DNA from: Antedon mediterranea
Taxonomy: Eukaryota > Animalia > Echinodermata
Direction: 5' to 3'
Length of the DNA: 64,000 nucleotides
Assembly: GCF_964355755.1 (NCBI RefSeq)
Contig: NC_092670.1
Coordinates: forward strand, 4,392,201-4,456,200
The notes below the pieces were generated by a model. The model was not told the DNA's origin, made no database searches, and saw only the letters and a list, made by a program, of their open reading frames with translations. Positions 12,101 to 24,100 of the stretch are shown piece after piece. The translations under genes and the position numbers were made by a program. Numbering within the stretch: position 1 is the stretch's first letter; each line of letters begins with the position of its first letter.

Positions 12101-12933
12101 GCTTAATTTTTATTTTCTGTTATATTATGTTCTCTATTATTAAACTAGATTTTATTGAAATATTTATTTTTTGCAGCCTTAAATATATTGTCCCCCTGAA
12201 AAACATTTTTTTTTTAATTTGTTTTGTTTTATATACGTATTTCCTTTTAGAATATCACTAGTTTATTATAGATAGACAATAATATAATAATAAAATTGCA
12301 GTTCTCACCATTTGGGTTTTTTTTTTTCAAAACTATTTTATCAACACTTCCCCAAATTGGCCATTGTTTAAAGCTTTTAACAACTTGCTTTGTATGTTAT
12401 GTTTGATGATATGACTGGATTTGATATGGTTTATACATTTTGTTGGATATCTTGTTTATTCACAGTATCTTAAAAAGGTCCTCTTTGAATATATGATGGG
12501 AAGAGAAACAAAGGTAAGAATAGGGAGCCAATGTTCATCTTGTTTTTATTTTAATTATTGTGTTTTTGGAAAAGTTCTGAAAAGAACATTCTTACTCCTG
12601 AGGACAATCAAAGTATATTGATAGAAACGTCAATAAATAAATAAAGTAAGATATTTAAAACATGGACATTTCATGATGGCATTTATTCGTAATAAAAGAA
12701 ACAATATTTTAAAATATTACATTTTTGTAGATTAAAATGCGAATGAAAAGAGTGATGCATGGCTGAGCAGAGTGTAAAGAACTGTAAATTTCTTGAGCCA
12801 AAAAAAAACACAACAATTAAAAAAAATATATTCTTTACAGACAATGGCAAGAGTGATATCAGCTGTGGTGAAATTTAGCCAAGAACAAACAAATGCTATC
12901 ATAGAAGCTGAAGACAAGAAACCTACACATTCT
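1..12933 (+). CDS. GOLGA4: Golgin subfamily A member 4 (golgin-245/p230) orthologue, spliced, 5'-incomplete, last exon unresolved. Exons: <1-172, 409-456, 966-1022, 1288-1386, 1687-1959, 2191-2422, 2939-3051, 3229-3357, 3676-3855, 4019-7956, 8086-8285, 9668-9798, 9947-10177, 10672-10746, 11488-11646, 12466-12513, 12841-12933
   Basis: All introns are GT..AG and the phases join into one open frame (~2059 aa in the window). Recognisable golgin-245 motifs: SDTESE..TKDELLQK..YKGKF, TQDKALRRISELKE..LDQQAKQHLQENFD..LEEKDELINVLQTQ, LAIAETKRQMHE, and the C-terminal GRIP domain EPTEIEYLKKVLFEYMMGRETKTMARVISAVVKF. Confidence 0.93.
409..456 (+). CDS. GOLGA4: GOLGA4 coding exon
   Basis: AG|VVNAYKDLQKENAKIK|GT, phase 0-0. 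Confidence 0.8.
555..866 (-). mobile_element. tRNA-derived SINE with Deu/Nin-type central domain
   Basis: Minus strand: A box TGGCCGAGCGG, B box GGTTCGAGGC, core TCGGATAAGGACTATAAACCGTAGGTCC...TTAAAGAACC...GAGTAGGGGGTTACCCCGGTGT (resembles the Deu domain of SINE3/AmnSINE1, from memory), and an (AAAC)n tail. Confidence 0.8.
966..1022 (+). CDS. GOLGA4: GOLGA4 coding exon
   Basis: AG|NIMTQTQDKALRRISELKE|GTAAGT. Confidence 0.88.
1288..1386 (+). CDS. GOLGA4: GOLGA4 coding exon
   Basis: AG|AAQLDQQAKQHLQENFDLILEEKDELINVLQTQ|GT. Confidence 0.88.
1687..1959 (+). CDS. GOLGA4: GOLGA4 coding exon
   Basis: AG|VGLYKHG...LKEKVKRLEVLLTKCKETM...ELEELK|GTAATC. Confidence 0.85.
2191..2422 (+). CDS. GOLGA4: GOLGA4 coding exon
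   Basis: AG|KQQELEK...LAIAETKRQMHENLE...YEKK+1|GT. Confidence 0.85.
2455..2616. mobile_element. ~160-bp MITE family A, copy 1
   Basis: TIR (AGCT)CTGTCTACACTATCAAAC...GTTTGATA(G/T)TGTAGACAGAGCT; shared core GATGTGCCCATATATGGACATGATGATGTCATATCACTACCATA. Confidence 0.85.
2939..3051 (+). CDS. GOLGA4: GOLGA4 coding exon
   Basis: Phase-1 acceptor; EDLEAQLQ...LAQELSRGKQAVINHFQ|GT. Confidence 0.82.
3229..3357 (+). CDS. GOLGA4: GOLGA4 coding exon
   Basis: AG|EEMEKLKVELQKEKE...ITNK|GTAATC. Confidence 0.82.
3676..3855 (+). CDS. GOLGA4: GOLGA4 coding exon
   Basis: AG|EKEQELALQ...IDQMKS|GTGAGT. Confidence 0.85.
4019..7956 (+). CDS. GOLGA4: GOLGA4 giant coiled-coil exon (3938 bp)
   Basis: Poly-T AG acceptor at 4017-4018; E/K/Q/L-rich heptad ORF (track 4043-7960); phase-2 donor GTAAGT at 7957 matches the phase of the next exon. 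Confidence 0.92.
8086..8285 (+). CDS. GOLGA4: GOLGA4 coding exon
   Basis: AG|(E)NRCEEVLKIRQ...LRQVI+1|GTAAGG. Confidence 0.85.
8285..8533 (+). repeat. 3 tandem ~77-90-bp units starting at the exon 11 splice donor; a 4th degenerate unit at ~9302-9405
   Basis: GGTA(A/G)GGCA(A/G)TGGAGCT(T/C)AAGTGAGGGTTTGTGGGTGGGACAAT at ~8285, 8373 and 8450. Confidence 0.85.
8534..9298. mobile_element. 765-bp non-autonomous DNA transposon, PIF/Harbinger-like
   Basis: TIRs GGTCGTGTTTATACAACAC / GTGTTGTATAAACGCGCCC; TTA duplication at 8531-8533 and 9299-9301; CpG-rich relative to the host intron. Confidence 0.8.
9668..9798 (+). CDS. GOLGA4: GOLGA4 coding exon
   Basis: Phase-1 acceptor; KGQSVEVKME...YEEQLK|GT. 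Confidence 0.83.
9947..10177 (+). CDS. GOLGA4: GOLGA4 coding exon
   Basis: AG|ELREELSETK...ENIHQ|GTAACT. Confidence 0.85.
10672..10746 (+). CDS. GOLGA4: GOLGA4 small coding exon (alternative in-frame donor after 10716)
   Basis: TTTGTAG|TSVPKSIEHLDPYSQ(|GTAAAT)VNQPNNDAIL|GTGAGT; supported by splice signals and phase only. Confidence 0.6.
11255..11370. mobile_element. MITE family A, truncated copy
   Basis: Core matches copy 1; TIRs eroded. Confidence 0.75.
11488..11646 (+). CDS. GOLGA4: GOLGA4 coding exon (start of GRIP domain)
   Basis: AG|GELKEQRGQLAELRLRE...EPTEIE|GTAAGG. Confidence 0.87.
11766..12225 (+). repeat. ~460-bp direct repeat, copy 1 (copy 2 at ~13655-14128)
   Basis: ATTAAACCATTATGTGTTTC..TTTTGGGTTATTTTTATTTTCTATGATGGGAAATTAT...GCAGCCTTAA..ATATTGT.CCCCTGAAAAA present in both copies. 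Confidence 0.9.
12466..12513 (+). CDS. GOLGA4: GOLGA4 GRIP exon
   Basis: CAG|YLKKVLFEYMMGRETK|GTAAGA; includes the conserved Arl1-binding GRIP tyrosine. Confidence 0.92.
12841..12933 (+). CDS. GOLGA4: GOLGA4 GRIP exon
   Basis: CAG|TMARVISAVVKFSQEQTNAIIEAEDKKPTHS|GTAAGT. Confidence 0.9.
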
Positions 12934-13174
12934 GTAAGTTCCAATATATTATTTATTAAATTGTCACTTATTCTGTTACTATTTGCTTGATACTGTATAC
13001 ATACCATTTTTTTTGCATAAATTATTCTAGAAAGATTTTCCTCTGAATAAAGGCTCTAATAGATTAGCTCTCACTTATTCCATCATCTGATTTTTTTGTT
13101 CTGGTTAGCATCCTTTTGTATGTAAATATCTACCAAAGAAGTTCCATTAATACAACCATAACTACTAAATTTTC

Positions 13175-13336
13175 TTCTCTGTCTACACTATCAAACAAGT
13201 AAGCCAAAAAAGTGTGATTTGCTCAATTATGGTAGTGACATACCTAAATATGGTAGTGATGTGACATCATCATGTCCATATATGGGCACATCACATTTTT
13301 TTTTGTCACGTAAAGTTTGATAGCGTAGACAGAGCT
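13175..13336. mobile_element. MITE family A (opposite orientation to copy 1)
   Basis: Both TIRs present. Confidence 0.85.
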
Positions 13337-13654
13337 TTAAGTGTCCAGAAAATTAACCCATGCAATAATCTACATAGAGACATCAGAGGTCTGAGTTTCC
13401 TTATGTATTCCATGCAAAACTAAATAATCAATTTTGGAATATGATTTAGTAAAGACTATGTCATGTATTTTGGAATATGATTTTATAAAGACTACGTCAT
13501 GTATTTTATTATTAGGTTTCAAATTAGAAATTTGCCTTTTTTTCTTACTATTTTTCAATTAATTTTTCTCATTTCCAAGCAATCCGAACAAGATACTTAA
13601 TTTTTGTAAGTTTTGTTTACATTTTTTTAGATGCTGCCAGTCCATTTTCACCAA

Positions 13655-14128
13655 TTTTTTATTTACCATATTAAACCATTATGTGTTTCGGTTTTTGGGT
13701 TATTTTTATTTTCTATGATGGGAAATTATTTTTTTCACATTTGTCATGTCCATTTGGTTTTTTTGGTTTAATTAATTATTTGTTTTTATTTATTTGTGGT
13801 TGTTTTACATGATATTACATGAGTATTATAGTAGATACCTTGCTGTACGCTAAAGCTGCATTCACACTAGGCCTCTAGCTCCTCTTTACCTCTGTTTACA
13901 GTTTTCATATCAAGAAATACAAACAGAATTTGAACTTAACACTATTACCCATTTTTCAATTTTATTCTTTTGCCAACAGAACCATGGCTTTGAACATAGC
14001 TTAACTTATTTTTTTATTTTAATTATGTTCTATATTTTTAGATTAGATTTTATTGAAATATTTATTTTTTGCAGCCTTAAAGATATTGTTCCCCTGAAAA
14101 AATTGTTGTTTTTTTTAAATTTGTTTTA
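13655..14128 (+). repeat. ~470-bp direct repeat, copy 2
   Basis: Colinear with 11766-12225, with scattered substitutions and indels. Confidence 0.9.
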
Positions 14129-15488
14129 TTGATTATGCCATTATGTCAGACAATACATGTTTTTGTTAAATTTAACAGTTTATTTTGTCTTTTTATTAGT
14201 AATTAGTATTGAGGTCTGTCATCTACATTTTTCCTATTTTTGGGGGAAAATACATCTTTAAAGTTCCAATGATTACTTTATTTTTAGCAAATTGAGTTAA
14301 AATATGAAGCCATAGTATTATTGTTTAATATTACCTTCTTGTTTCTCCTAATCTTGATATTATCAGTTTTATACTAGGGATAGCTACATAGTCGGGGAAC
14401 GACTTTGTCATCACCAGTAAGTTGGCAGATTGTCACACATGATCGATTATTCCCGACTTTATTATCACAGTCTTTGACCATTTTATGTTCAACAGGATTC
14501 TATTTATGTTTCATTTTGTTGTGATATTTTTGCTGGATGAAATGATGAATGTATACAAATTATGTTTTGTTTGTTATTAATATATATTTAGTCTTTTGAT
14601 TCTCCCTTTCCAATTCATGCGCCCTTATTTTAGTTGCATATTGCATTGTGGGATGCAACTAAATTGCATTATGGGATATTTGATGACACAAGGAACAATT
14701 TCCATGCCAAAAACTAAAGTGATGAATTATAGTTCCTTTTTCGGTATCAGCAAAATTAGTTTTTGCGATGTATAAATGTACAACCAATCTAAGCTTACTA
14801 AAAGAATTTTCATTCAAAGTTACTTGTGGAAAACATTAACAAGCAGACAAAACATTAGCATACTGATTTGATATCACTGAAGCTCCATAGTATTACATGA
14901 CCATGCCGTTAAAATCATACCTCCCGCGATATTGGTGTTGCGCATGGATTGTGAAACAAACGAATGTCAGTAAAACAACATATTGTATATTTCTCAGGGT
15001 TTTGTTTTTCCCTTATTTCAGTTTTATTTGCTTTAAATAGATAAACTGAATGAAGATGCTTTTTATATACAACTTTAATTTTACTGAACATTACCATATT
15101 ATTACTCCATTGTATTAACTGTGTATGAATTTTTAAATCATTTGGTTGAGATTATTATATATTATACTTTGTCTTTTGTATAATTTAATTATTTTTTTGC
15201 AGCTTTTTAATGATGGTACAGAGTGCACCCATTTAAGTTGTTTTCTTTACATACCATTACATAACAGTAATATGATGATATGCTAGCAGTGTTGATTTAT
15301 TTTCTTATATTTTACATTATTATTATTTACTATGTCCACAGCTCCACTGACGGGCTGCCCAACCCTTCCTTGCCGTGGTTAGTAAGCGCATCTTTGTTTA
15401 TTTTTACTATCTTAACATGGTCACCACTAAAAGTGCATTATCACTTACAATCATAGTAGAGGGATACTTTAACATGGTGCATTAATAA

Positions 15489-15884
15489 TTATAACACACC
15501 TTAAGTATATTTTTCTCATTTGATTGGACGATTGTGGAGCACACTCGAGTGTGTGTGAATCTACTGTAGTACTGCAATTTTGTTTTGTGCGTTCAATTTT
15601 GTTACACAGCTAGTTCTTGGCTGCGCATTTTATCAACCTGTAATATACACCGTTTTTAATTGTTCTACTTCGTATCTAAAATTGGAGCAATGTCTCTTAA
15701 AATTGTCAGGCCTTGGCTTAGCCTTTTGTTTAAAAGTAGGTGTGTTATAAAACCAATAATGAATGTTTTATATTCGTGAAATGGTACAAATAATTTTATT
15801 CAGTGATAGATCTCTTATGTTATGTTTTCAACTCTCATGAAATTATTTGTACCATTTCACTCATAAACATTCATTATTTGTATA
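15489..15884. mobile_element. Putative non-autonomous element with an asymmetric inverted repeat plus a long terminal hairpin
   Basis: TTATAACACACCT (15490) / AGGTGTGTTATAA (~15738); hairpin AATAATGAATGTTT..GTGAAATGGTACAAATAATTT / AAATTATTTGTACCATTTCAC..AAACATTCATTATT (~15754-15879). Confidence 0.55.
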
Positions 15885-18124
15885 CTAATGCATCTTTGTG
15901 TATATTTTGCTGTGATACTGTAGATCAGAACGCTACAGTACATATATCATCTGGGTTTTAAGCTTTTATTCTATTAGATTTTCTATTTTTGTAAATAACT
16001 TTGCACTATAGTAGTGAACATGTTAAGATTGATCATCTCTTTTCTCTAACATTTCTCTTTAATATTTCTTTCATTGCTTATTTGTCTTTTAATAACTTGA
16101 TAGAATTATTACTTTATATTGTACAATATTATTTGTTGTATGACTATTAAAAAATATTTCACATACTGTACTTGTATAATAAAACCAAATATGTACTATA
16201 TTACAGTGAGGAATGCTATCACCTTGACAACACATGTAACTATAGAAACGTAACAAAACCAGTGGTGGAAATTGTCACCAAAGAGACAACTGTGTGAACC
16301 AGGTTCAATTGTGGCTGCAGGTGTACCAGAAGCCAGTGGTCAACATTTTAACTTTCGCAATGAAATGATCACATGATTTATATCAGTTTTGTACCAGATA
16401 ACTGATAATGTACTGTACATTTTTGTGTGTGTTTTGGTACTAAACCAATTGTATTGTGAAACTTAATAATTATAATACTCAGGATAGCAGTACACTATTA
16501 TTTAATTGATAGAAAAGCAAAAATGTTATTTGTGCTTGCATTTTCCAATTGTATTTATTCTCCTTAAAACTTAAAAATGCATCAATCAAGCAATGCAATC
16601 GCAACTTACTTCCAGAATGTATGCCAGTTTGTCCATCATGCTCATGGGTGATTGTAGACAAACATGCATTTAATTTTAACTCTAACCCCATGGTCAAGAT
16701 ACACCACCTGTGCCACTAAAACGAAAACGAACTTAACCTTGTTATTTAAATTTGAGGCATTCCCAATATTCTTTGTTTGATATTTTGAATTATATTCATT
16801 TTTAATTTATTTTAATTTGCTGGACAATTTTAATGTATTGATTGTAAACATGTAGCATGTATATATTGATAATTATTTCTGTAAATAATATATCATCCAA
16901 GTTTTCTAGACTCCGCAAGGATGCATTATCATCACCAGCATTAATACTTTTTGCGACAAATGATGTCACCTATTTCTTACTATACACTCTTCCAACCTCG
17001 TCAAGTGTTTCATGAATAAATGAATATAAAGCTAATTTATTGTACCGATAAAAAACTGTGTTGTGAGACCAAACCTATTTAACCAGTAAAACTATGCTTA
17101 ATAGTAATAATAAATAAAATAACATTAGCATAACATGATACACGACAATATTCATGTTGCATTAATAAACAATAATAAAATAATGTGATTTTTTGTTAAT
17201 CTCATCTTAAGTTTTACACAGATTGCATTCAATAAGTTATTTAAATAATTGTATTTAACTAGTAATACATTATAATTCATTGCTAATAAGTGTGTCAATA
17301 CCACCAGAGTGGCCTATATCTGTTACCATGGGTAAACTAGTTATTTTCAACTTATTTCTGTTTCAAAAATGTTTATAGATAACATATATTTTCATTTTTA
17401 TCATTGGTTATTTCATTAATTTAGTTTTTGGGACAAGTAATGAATGTTTTGTTTTAATTGGGTTGAAAAGTCAATTATATAATAAATGTTAAACAAACAC
17501 TTTCAATTTATTTAACTCTTAAACATTTATTAATTGTGTACTATTCAAGGTTTTAGTATTTTTATCTTTTATTTTAAATATTTTATATCATATTTTATAT
17601 TAATTAATGTAATAATTAAGTTGGCTGTTTATTATATATTGGGATGCATTGTATTGTAGATTATTTTTTGGCAAATTTGTATTAATAATAAAGTGTAATA
17701 TTAAAAGATACTTGAAAAGGCAAGAAAAAAGTGCACTTTGTGAATATAGATTATCTGTTCAGATTGCTTATAAAGATATATAATGTTAATAATAACTGCA
17801 GCAGATGAAATGAAATTATGTATATTTGATATAAAGTCTTTTGTTTATGATTTAATAGTTATAGAATTTAGTAGTTATTAACATGATAAATTAATAGATT
17901 TTATTATGAAATTTACTTGGCTTGTAAATACAACAACATGCCTTATTACTCAACCTTTTGTGGAGGAAAAAAACACCAGAAATATTGTACTGTAAATTAA
18001 TTGTAATATTACTCATATATTTATTAAAACTATTAGATTAATGAATAGATTGGAATTTAAATGTATCGTTTTACTATTATATATTGGTGCTGTAGGTTAC
18101 TCATTCCTGGATTAACTATTGGGT

Positions 18125-18217
18125 CATTATGGAATATTCCATTCAAGACATTATGGAATATTTAATTCAAGACATTATGGAATATTCATTCAAGACATTA
18201 TGGAATATACCATTCAT
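18125..18217. repeat. 23-24-bp minisatellite x4
   Basis: CATTATGGAATATT(C/T)(C/A)ATTCAAGA repeated. Confidence 0.9.
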
Positions 18218-19157
18218 GTCATCAACGGTAATAGTCTTCGACAAGAAGTTTTCATTATCTGTAAAGATTAATTAACAACTGGACATAAACTAATACGTTT
18301 TAACATTTAAATATAATAATAATTATCGTTGACCTCAGAATGCTTTTACTGGGTGTTATACAACAATTTTACCGTCTTTAATTCAAATCATTTAATGTAC
18401 TTTTGACCTAGTGAATTAACTAACGAAGTGGATGTGGTTGATTTTCTATAGGCCTACATACGTTTCAGTTAAACTGGGTATTTTTATGTTATTGTAAGAA
18501 ATCAAAAGAACTGTTATTTTAATCACATTTTTTAAGTTTATCAAGAATGTATTTTAGGGTCGGTATAAAAATGTTCTGACATTCGATTATCTATAAGAGA
18601 TTTTCTTTTTCAATTAATCTTAAATCAGCATTAAAAATGCACCGAAAACTGCTAGGACCCCATGTACAATGTAGGTACAATGTTAATTGGTGGTAGTGTA
18701 TAATGACATATTAATCTTCATAATTAGCATTATAATAAATGTTATTCATGTGATGATTTTTAATCTGTATTTGTGTTTTTTTATTTATGCATATTATTAT
18801 ATTTTCGGCATTTTTTGACCTTTTTTTTTTTTTAAATAACTGCTTAGGCCCCCTACTATGGGTCTATAATATGTAGATAATGTAATATATACAAATATAC
18901 CATACTATAGTACAAAAAAAAAATGGCCAATTTTCGACCTTTTTATTTTTCGGTAAAACTGGTTACTATAGCACAATTAACATGCGCAGAACCCATTAGT
19001 CGCCTCTGCGCATGTTTATTATGCTATAATAACCATTTATGTCAAAACTTCTTACTACAGCACAATTGACATGCACAGAACCTATTATTTGTGTCTGCGC
19101 ATGTTTATTATGCTATAGTAACCATTTATGTCAAAACTTCTTACTATAGCACAATTG

Positions 19158-20164
19158 CAGGGCCGTAGCCAGGATCTGTCAAGGGGGCTTCGCACACTAA
19201 GTATTTGGGTCACCCCCACCCCCATACCTACCCCCCCCCCCCCCTCCCCACCTGGGGTGGGGCCTGAGGCGAAGCAAATTTTGTTAAATGACACCCCTAG
19301 ATGGCCGGAAAAGACACTCTCATGCAGCATGCTACCAATGAGCACAACGATCGTACTTGGACTCGTTGACTATTTCAACGATAACATTTGTTGCCGTATG
19401 TTAGATGCGCGTGCTCTGTGCGGAACCGCCAATTGTTTGATCATTTACTCGATATTTTGTTTTGCGTTCAAGTTCAATGCGAACGTACGTCTAGGAGAAG
19501 CCCCGAAAAAAGCACACTGGGTGAAGGCAAATGCAATTCTTATTATAGCTCTATCTATAATATTTATTTACAGCAATGTGTTGAGGAAATTAAATATGCC
19601 AATATGTAAATAGGTGATATTGATACATTTGAGTAGGCCTACATATCGGCTGGTGGTCTAGAAAAAAATAATCGGATGCCATAATGTGAACTACAGTACA
19701 TGATACCATAGATATTATAGTGTAAAATATTAATATTCACTATAATCCTCTATGATACATTATACTTCATAGCCACACATAAATACTGATGTATGTCGGA
19801 AGGCTATATACTTTATGCCCCCAGCTCGCTGTGAAACGCGTCAATATCATGTTACATGCAGGGACCAAACATTTATTTTTCAGGTTAAAATCCGCAATTC
19901 ATTTGCAACTCTTTACAGACTATATCGCTCGAAGTACGCTCATACAGGGAAGAAGGTACTGTATGAGTTATTCCGAACGAGTTTACGAATTTTTTAATTT
20001 ACGAACAACTTTTTGTACTGTGGGGCACGTATTTGGACGATTTTCGGAGATGAGGGTGAGGTATTGGGCATGTCGGGGATGGGGGTTCGCAGTCGGTTAA
20101 GGGGGGTTCGCTGTAAAGGGGGGGTTCGCCCGAACCATAAAAACCCCCCCTGGCTACGGGCCTG
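19158..20164. mobile_element. 1007-bp non-autonomous TIR transposon (hAT-like termini, 5-bp TSD) inserted in an array unit
   Basis: TIRs CAGGGCCGTAGCCAGG / CCTGGCTACGGGCCTG; TSD AATTG at 19153-19157 and 20165-20169; the array unit resumes exactly after it. Confidence 0.88.
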
Positions 20165-21137
20165 AATTGACATGCGCAGAACCCATTAGTCGCCTCTGCG
20201 CATGTTTATTATGTTATAATAACCATTTATGTCAAAACTTCTTATTACCGCACAATTGACATGCGCAGAACCTATTATTTGTCTCTGCGCATGTTTATTA
20301 TGCTATAGTAACCATTTATGTCAAAACTGGTTACTATAGCACAATTGACATGCGCAGAACACATTATTCGTCTCTGCGCATGTTTATTATGCAATAGTAA
20401 CCATTTATGTCAAAAAAAAGGGTCGAAAATCTGCCATTTTTCGAAAATTTTCCTGTACTATAGTACAAGGATTTTTTCAAAAAAATTGCCAATTTTCGAC
20501 CTTTTTATTTTTCGATTAAACTAGTTACTATAGCACAATTAAAATGCGCAGAACCCATTAGTCGCCTCTGCGCATGTTTATTATGCTATAGTAACCAGTT
20601 ATGTCAAAACTGGTTACTATAGCACAATTGACACGCGCAGAACCCATTATTCGTCTCTGCGCATGTTTATTATGCAATAGTAACCATTTATGTCAAAAAA
20701 TAAAAATGTAGAAAATTGGCCATATTTCGAAAATTTCCCTGTACTATATAGTACAAGGATTTTTTCAAAAAAATGGCAACTTTTCAACCTTTTTATTTTT
20801 CGATAAAACTGGTTACTATAGCACAATTAACATGCGCAGAACCCATTAGTCGCCTCTGCGCATGTTTATTATGCTATAGTAATCATTTATGTCAAAACTG
20901 GTTACTATAGCACAATTGACATGCGCAGAACCCATTAGTCGCCTCTGCGCATGTTTATTATGCTATAGTAACTATTTATGTCAAAACTGGTTACTATAGC
21001 ACAATTAACAAGCGCAGAACCCATTAGTCGCCTCTGCGCATGTTTATTATGCTATAGTAACCATTTATGTCAAAACTGGTTACTATAGCACCATTGACAT
21101 GCGCAGAACCCATTATTCGTCTCTGCGCATGTTTATT

Positions 21138-24100
21138 ATTTTTATTTATTTTATTTTATTTTATTTTTAAAACCAGAAACAACAGCAGAAACAAATCCGC
21201 CACTTACAGCTTGGTTTAACAGATACAAAACAATTACAACAACTCAGAAACACTTAAATTACGACGAAACAGATAAAGATTGGAATTAAAAATGTCAATA
21301 TGGGGATGGGCCTGGACTAAACTATTATAATATAAACTTAATCTACTGATGTAACCACTTTTGAGAACATTGACTCTACAAAAGGGAACACAAAGGATAC
21401 TATTGTTTCTTAAATTACGGGCGGGAACACGAATACCGAAATTGGAGATAAAGTTGCAGTCAAAAATAGAATGAAGACATTTAAAAAGAAAAATAAGATC
21501 ATTGTGACATCTACGTAATGAAGGGGGAGATATAGGATATATTTTTTTATCATCACAATTATAAAGATTGTTACATTTAAAAAGATTATTCTGATTGTGG
21601 TTGTGGCTGATGTAGCGCAAAAATCTAGAATAGAGTCGGTCAATACGTGAGGCTTGGGTTTTGGAGATTGAATTGTAAATAACAGAACAAAAGTCTAAAT
21701 TAGGTTGGATTAAGGTGATATATAGATAAACTTTGGAAGAACGACCGAGATATTTTCCATTGCGCCACATCAGCCCAAGCAGCTTATTGCATTTATTTAG
21801 AAGATGATCAACATGAAAAGAAAAAGTAAGGGAACTATCTAAAATAATACCGAGATCACGATGTTGATGCACCTTATTAATAGGTTTGTCGTCGACGGAA
21901 TAGACATAAACAATTTTATTTTTATTTAAAGTAAAGGACAAAATATTGCACTTCGAAGAGTTTAACATCATGCCCCACAAAGTGGACCAGGAACTAAATT
22001 TAGTAAGGTCTCCCTGAAGCATTTCAGCATCTTCATAACTGTTGATAGTTTTAATAATTTTTAGATCGTCAGCAAACATAAGACAATCTGAATAGCGAAA
22101 CAGCGATGGAATATCGTTCACATACAAATTAAAAAGGAGGGGACCGAGGATTGACCCCTGAGGAACACCGGAATGAACTGGAAGCCACTCAGATGCCTCG
22201 CCATCGATAACTACACGTTGACGTCTACCATCCAAATAGCTTCTGAACCAGGACAAAAGATGAGGATTAAAACCAAGTCGTTGAAGTTTAAAAATAAGAA
22301 GATTGTGTGGCACCAAATCAAAAGCTTTTGAGAAGTCAGTATATATAACATCACATTGTGCTCTGCCCTTGATGGCATCATACACAGTTGTCAGAAGACA
22401 AGCAAGATTTGTTTCACATGACCTGTTGGGAACGAAACCATGCTGATAGAGAGAGATGGTAGAATGAACATGGGACCAAATGTGATTATACATGACTCGT
22501 TCGAAAAGTTTTGAGATGGTAGGCAAAATTGAAATCGGTCTGTAATTGGTGACGGATTTCTTGGAACCAGATTTGTAGATAGGAACAACATTAGATTGCT
22601 TCCAGAAAGATGGGAATTTACCAAAAGTCAGAGATTTGTTAAAAATAGAACAGATAGGAATAGAGAGAGGTTTCGCACAAACTTTTAAAACATGGTTACT
22701 CAGCTCATCACAGCCAGAAGCTTTATGTGGTTTGATAGACGTAAGCAATTTGTAAACAGAATCCGGCTGAATATCGGGTATACTTAAATAATCAAGGGAT
22801 GATTCAGGGAGAGCATGATGTTGGTCAGTGATACTTAAACTAGATTTTTGAAAAACAGAATGAAAAAATGAATTAAACAAAATAGCTTTATCTTTCGCAC
22901 TCTCCGCGACCTTGTCCCCGTAGTTCAAAACAGACGGATAAGACGACGTTTTTGTTTTCGTCTTGATCCATGTCCAAAAGCGCTTGGGATTAGATTTTAT
23001 GCTATCAGAGAGGGAACGGATATATTGTGAGTAATTCTTTTTGGCAAGCTTTTTGAACGTTTTTCTGGCCGTAATGAAATCATTTTTAAAGTGTATTAGT
23101 TTATGTTTTTTCCACATTCTGAAAAGGTGTTCTTTACGTTTCAAGATAGCTCTAATTTCATGGTCAAACCATGGCGGCATTTGGCGTCTGAATGTTTTGA
23201 TGGGGACAAGATCGCGGAGGGCGGCGTCAATTAAATCGTAAAAAACAGTTACACAATCATCAACATTGTCTTCGGTGTTAATGATATCAAAAGGAACTTT
23301 GTCGAAATGATCAATAAGGTCGCTGTCATTAATTGCTTTAAAATTATAAGATTTTCTATATAATCTATTATGACTAATATTGGTAACATAAAAATTTAAA
23401 GACAATATAAGAGAGCGATGGTCAGAAGAAAAAATATCTTGACCAACAACAATGTCAGAAATAAGTTCCTTAGAATTGCATAAAATTAAATCAAGAATAT
23501 TATTGTTACATGTAGCCGTAACATTACATTGGATCAAATTAAGACCGTTCAACAAGCTGTTAATGAATAGTTCACCAATTGAATTTGTGGATGCTGATCC
23601 CGTACCATCAGTTGTCCACTTAATGTTGGGAAGGTTAAGATCTCCTACCAAGATGAGTTGATGCCGGGGGTAAGTAGACATTGCATCTTCAACCAATTGG
23701 GCGATTTTTAAAATACTCTCACGATTGCTGTTTGGTGCTCTATAGACGACTCCGATAAGTACAACCTTACTTTTACTCATTTTGATTTCAGTCCATAGTA
23801 ATTCCACATCTTTATGTTCAAGATGGACCAATCGTCTCGATTTAAACTTGTTGGAGGTAAGCAACATAATTCCGCCTCCCCTTCTACCATCGTTTCTGTC
23901 TTTCCTATGTGTGGTGAAACCAGGACAGTATAATTCTGAGTCGGAAACAAATGAATTGAGCCATGTTTCAGAGAAACAAACGAAGTCAAATGAATTATTT
24001 AAAAGATGACCTTGCAATTCAGAGTTGTATACATCTAATTTATTTTTTATGCTTCTAATGTTCTGATAGTAGAGCTTAGGAGTGTTGTTGTTATTGTTTT

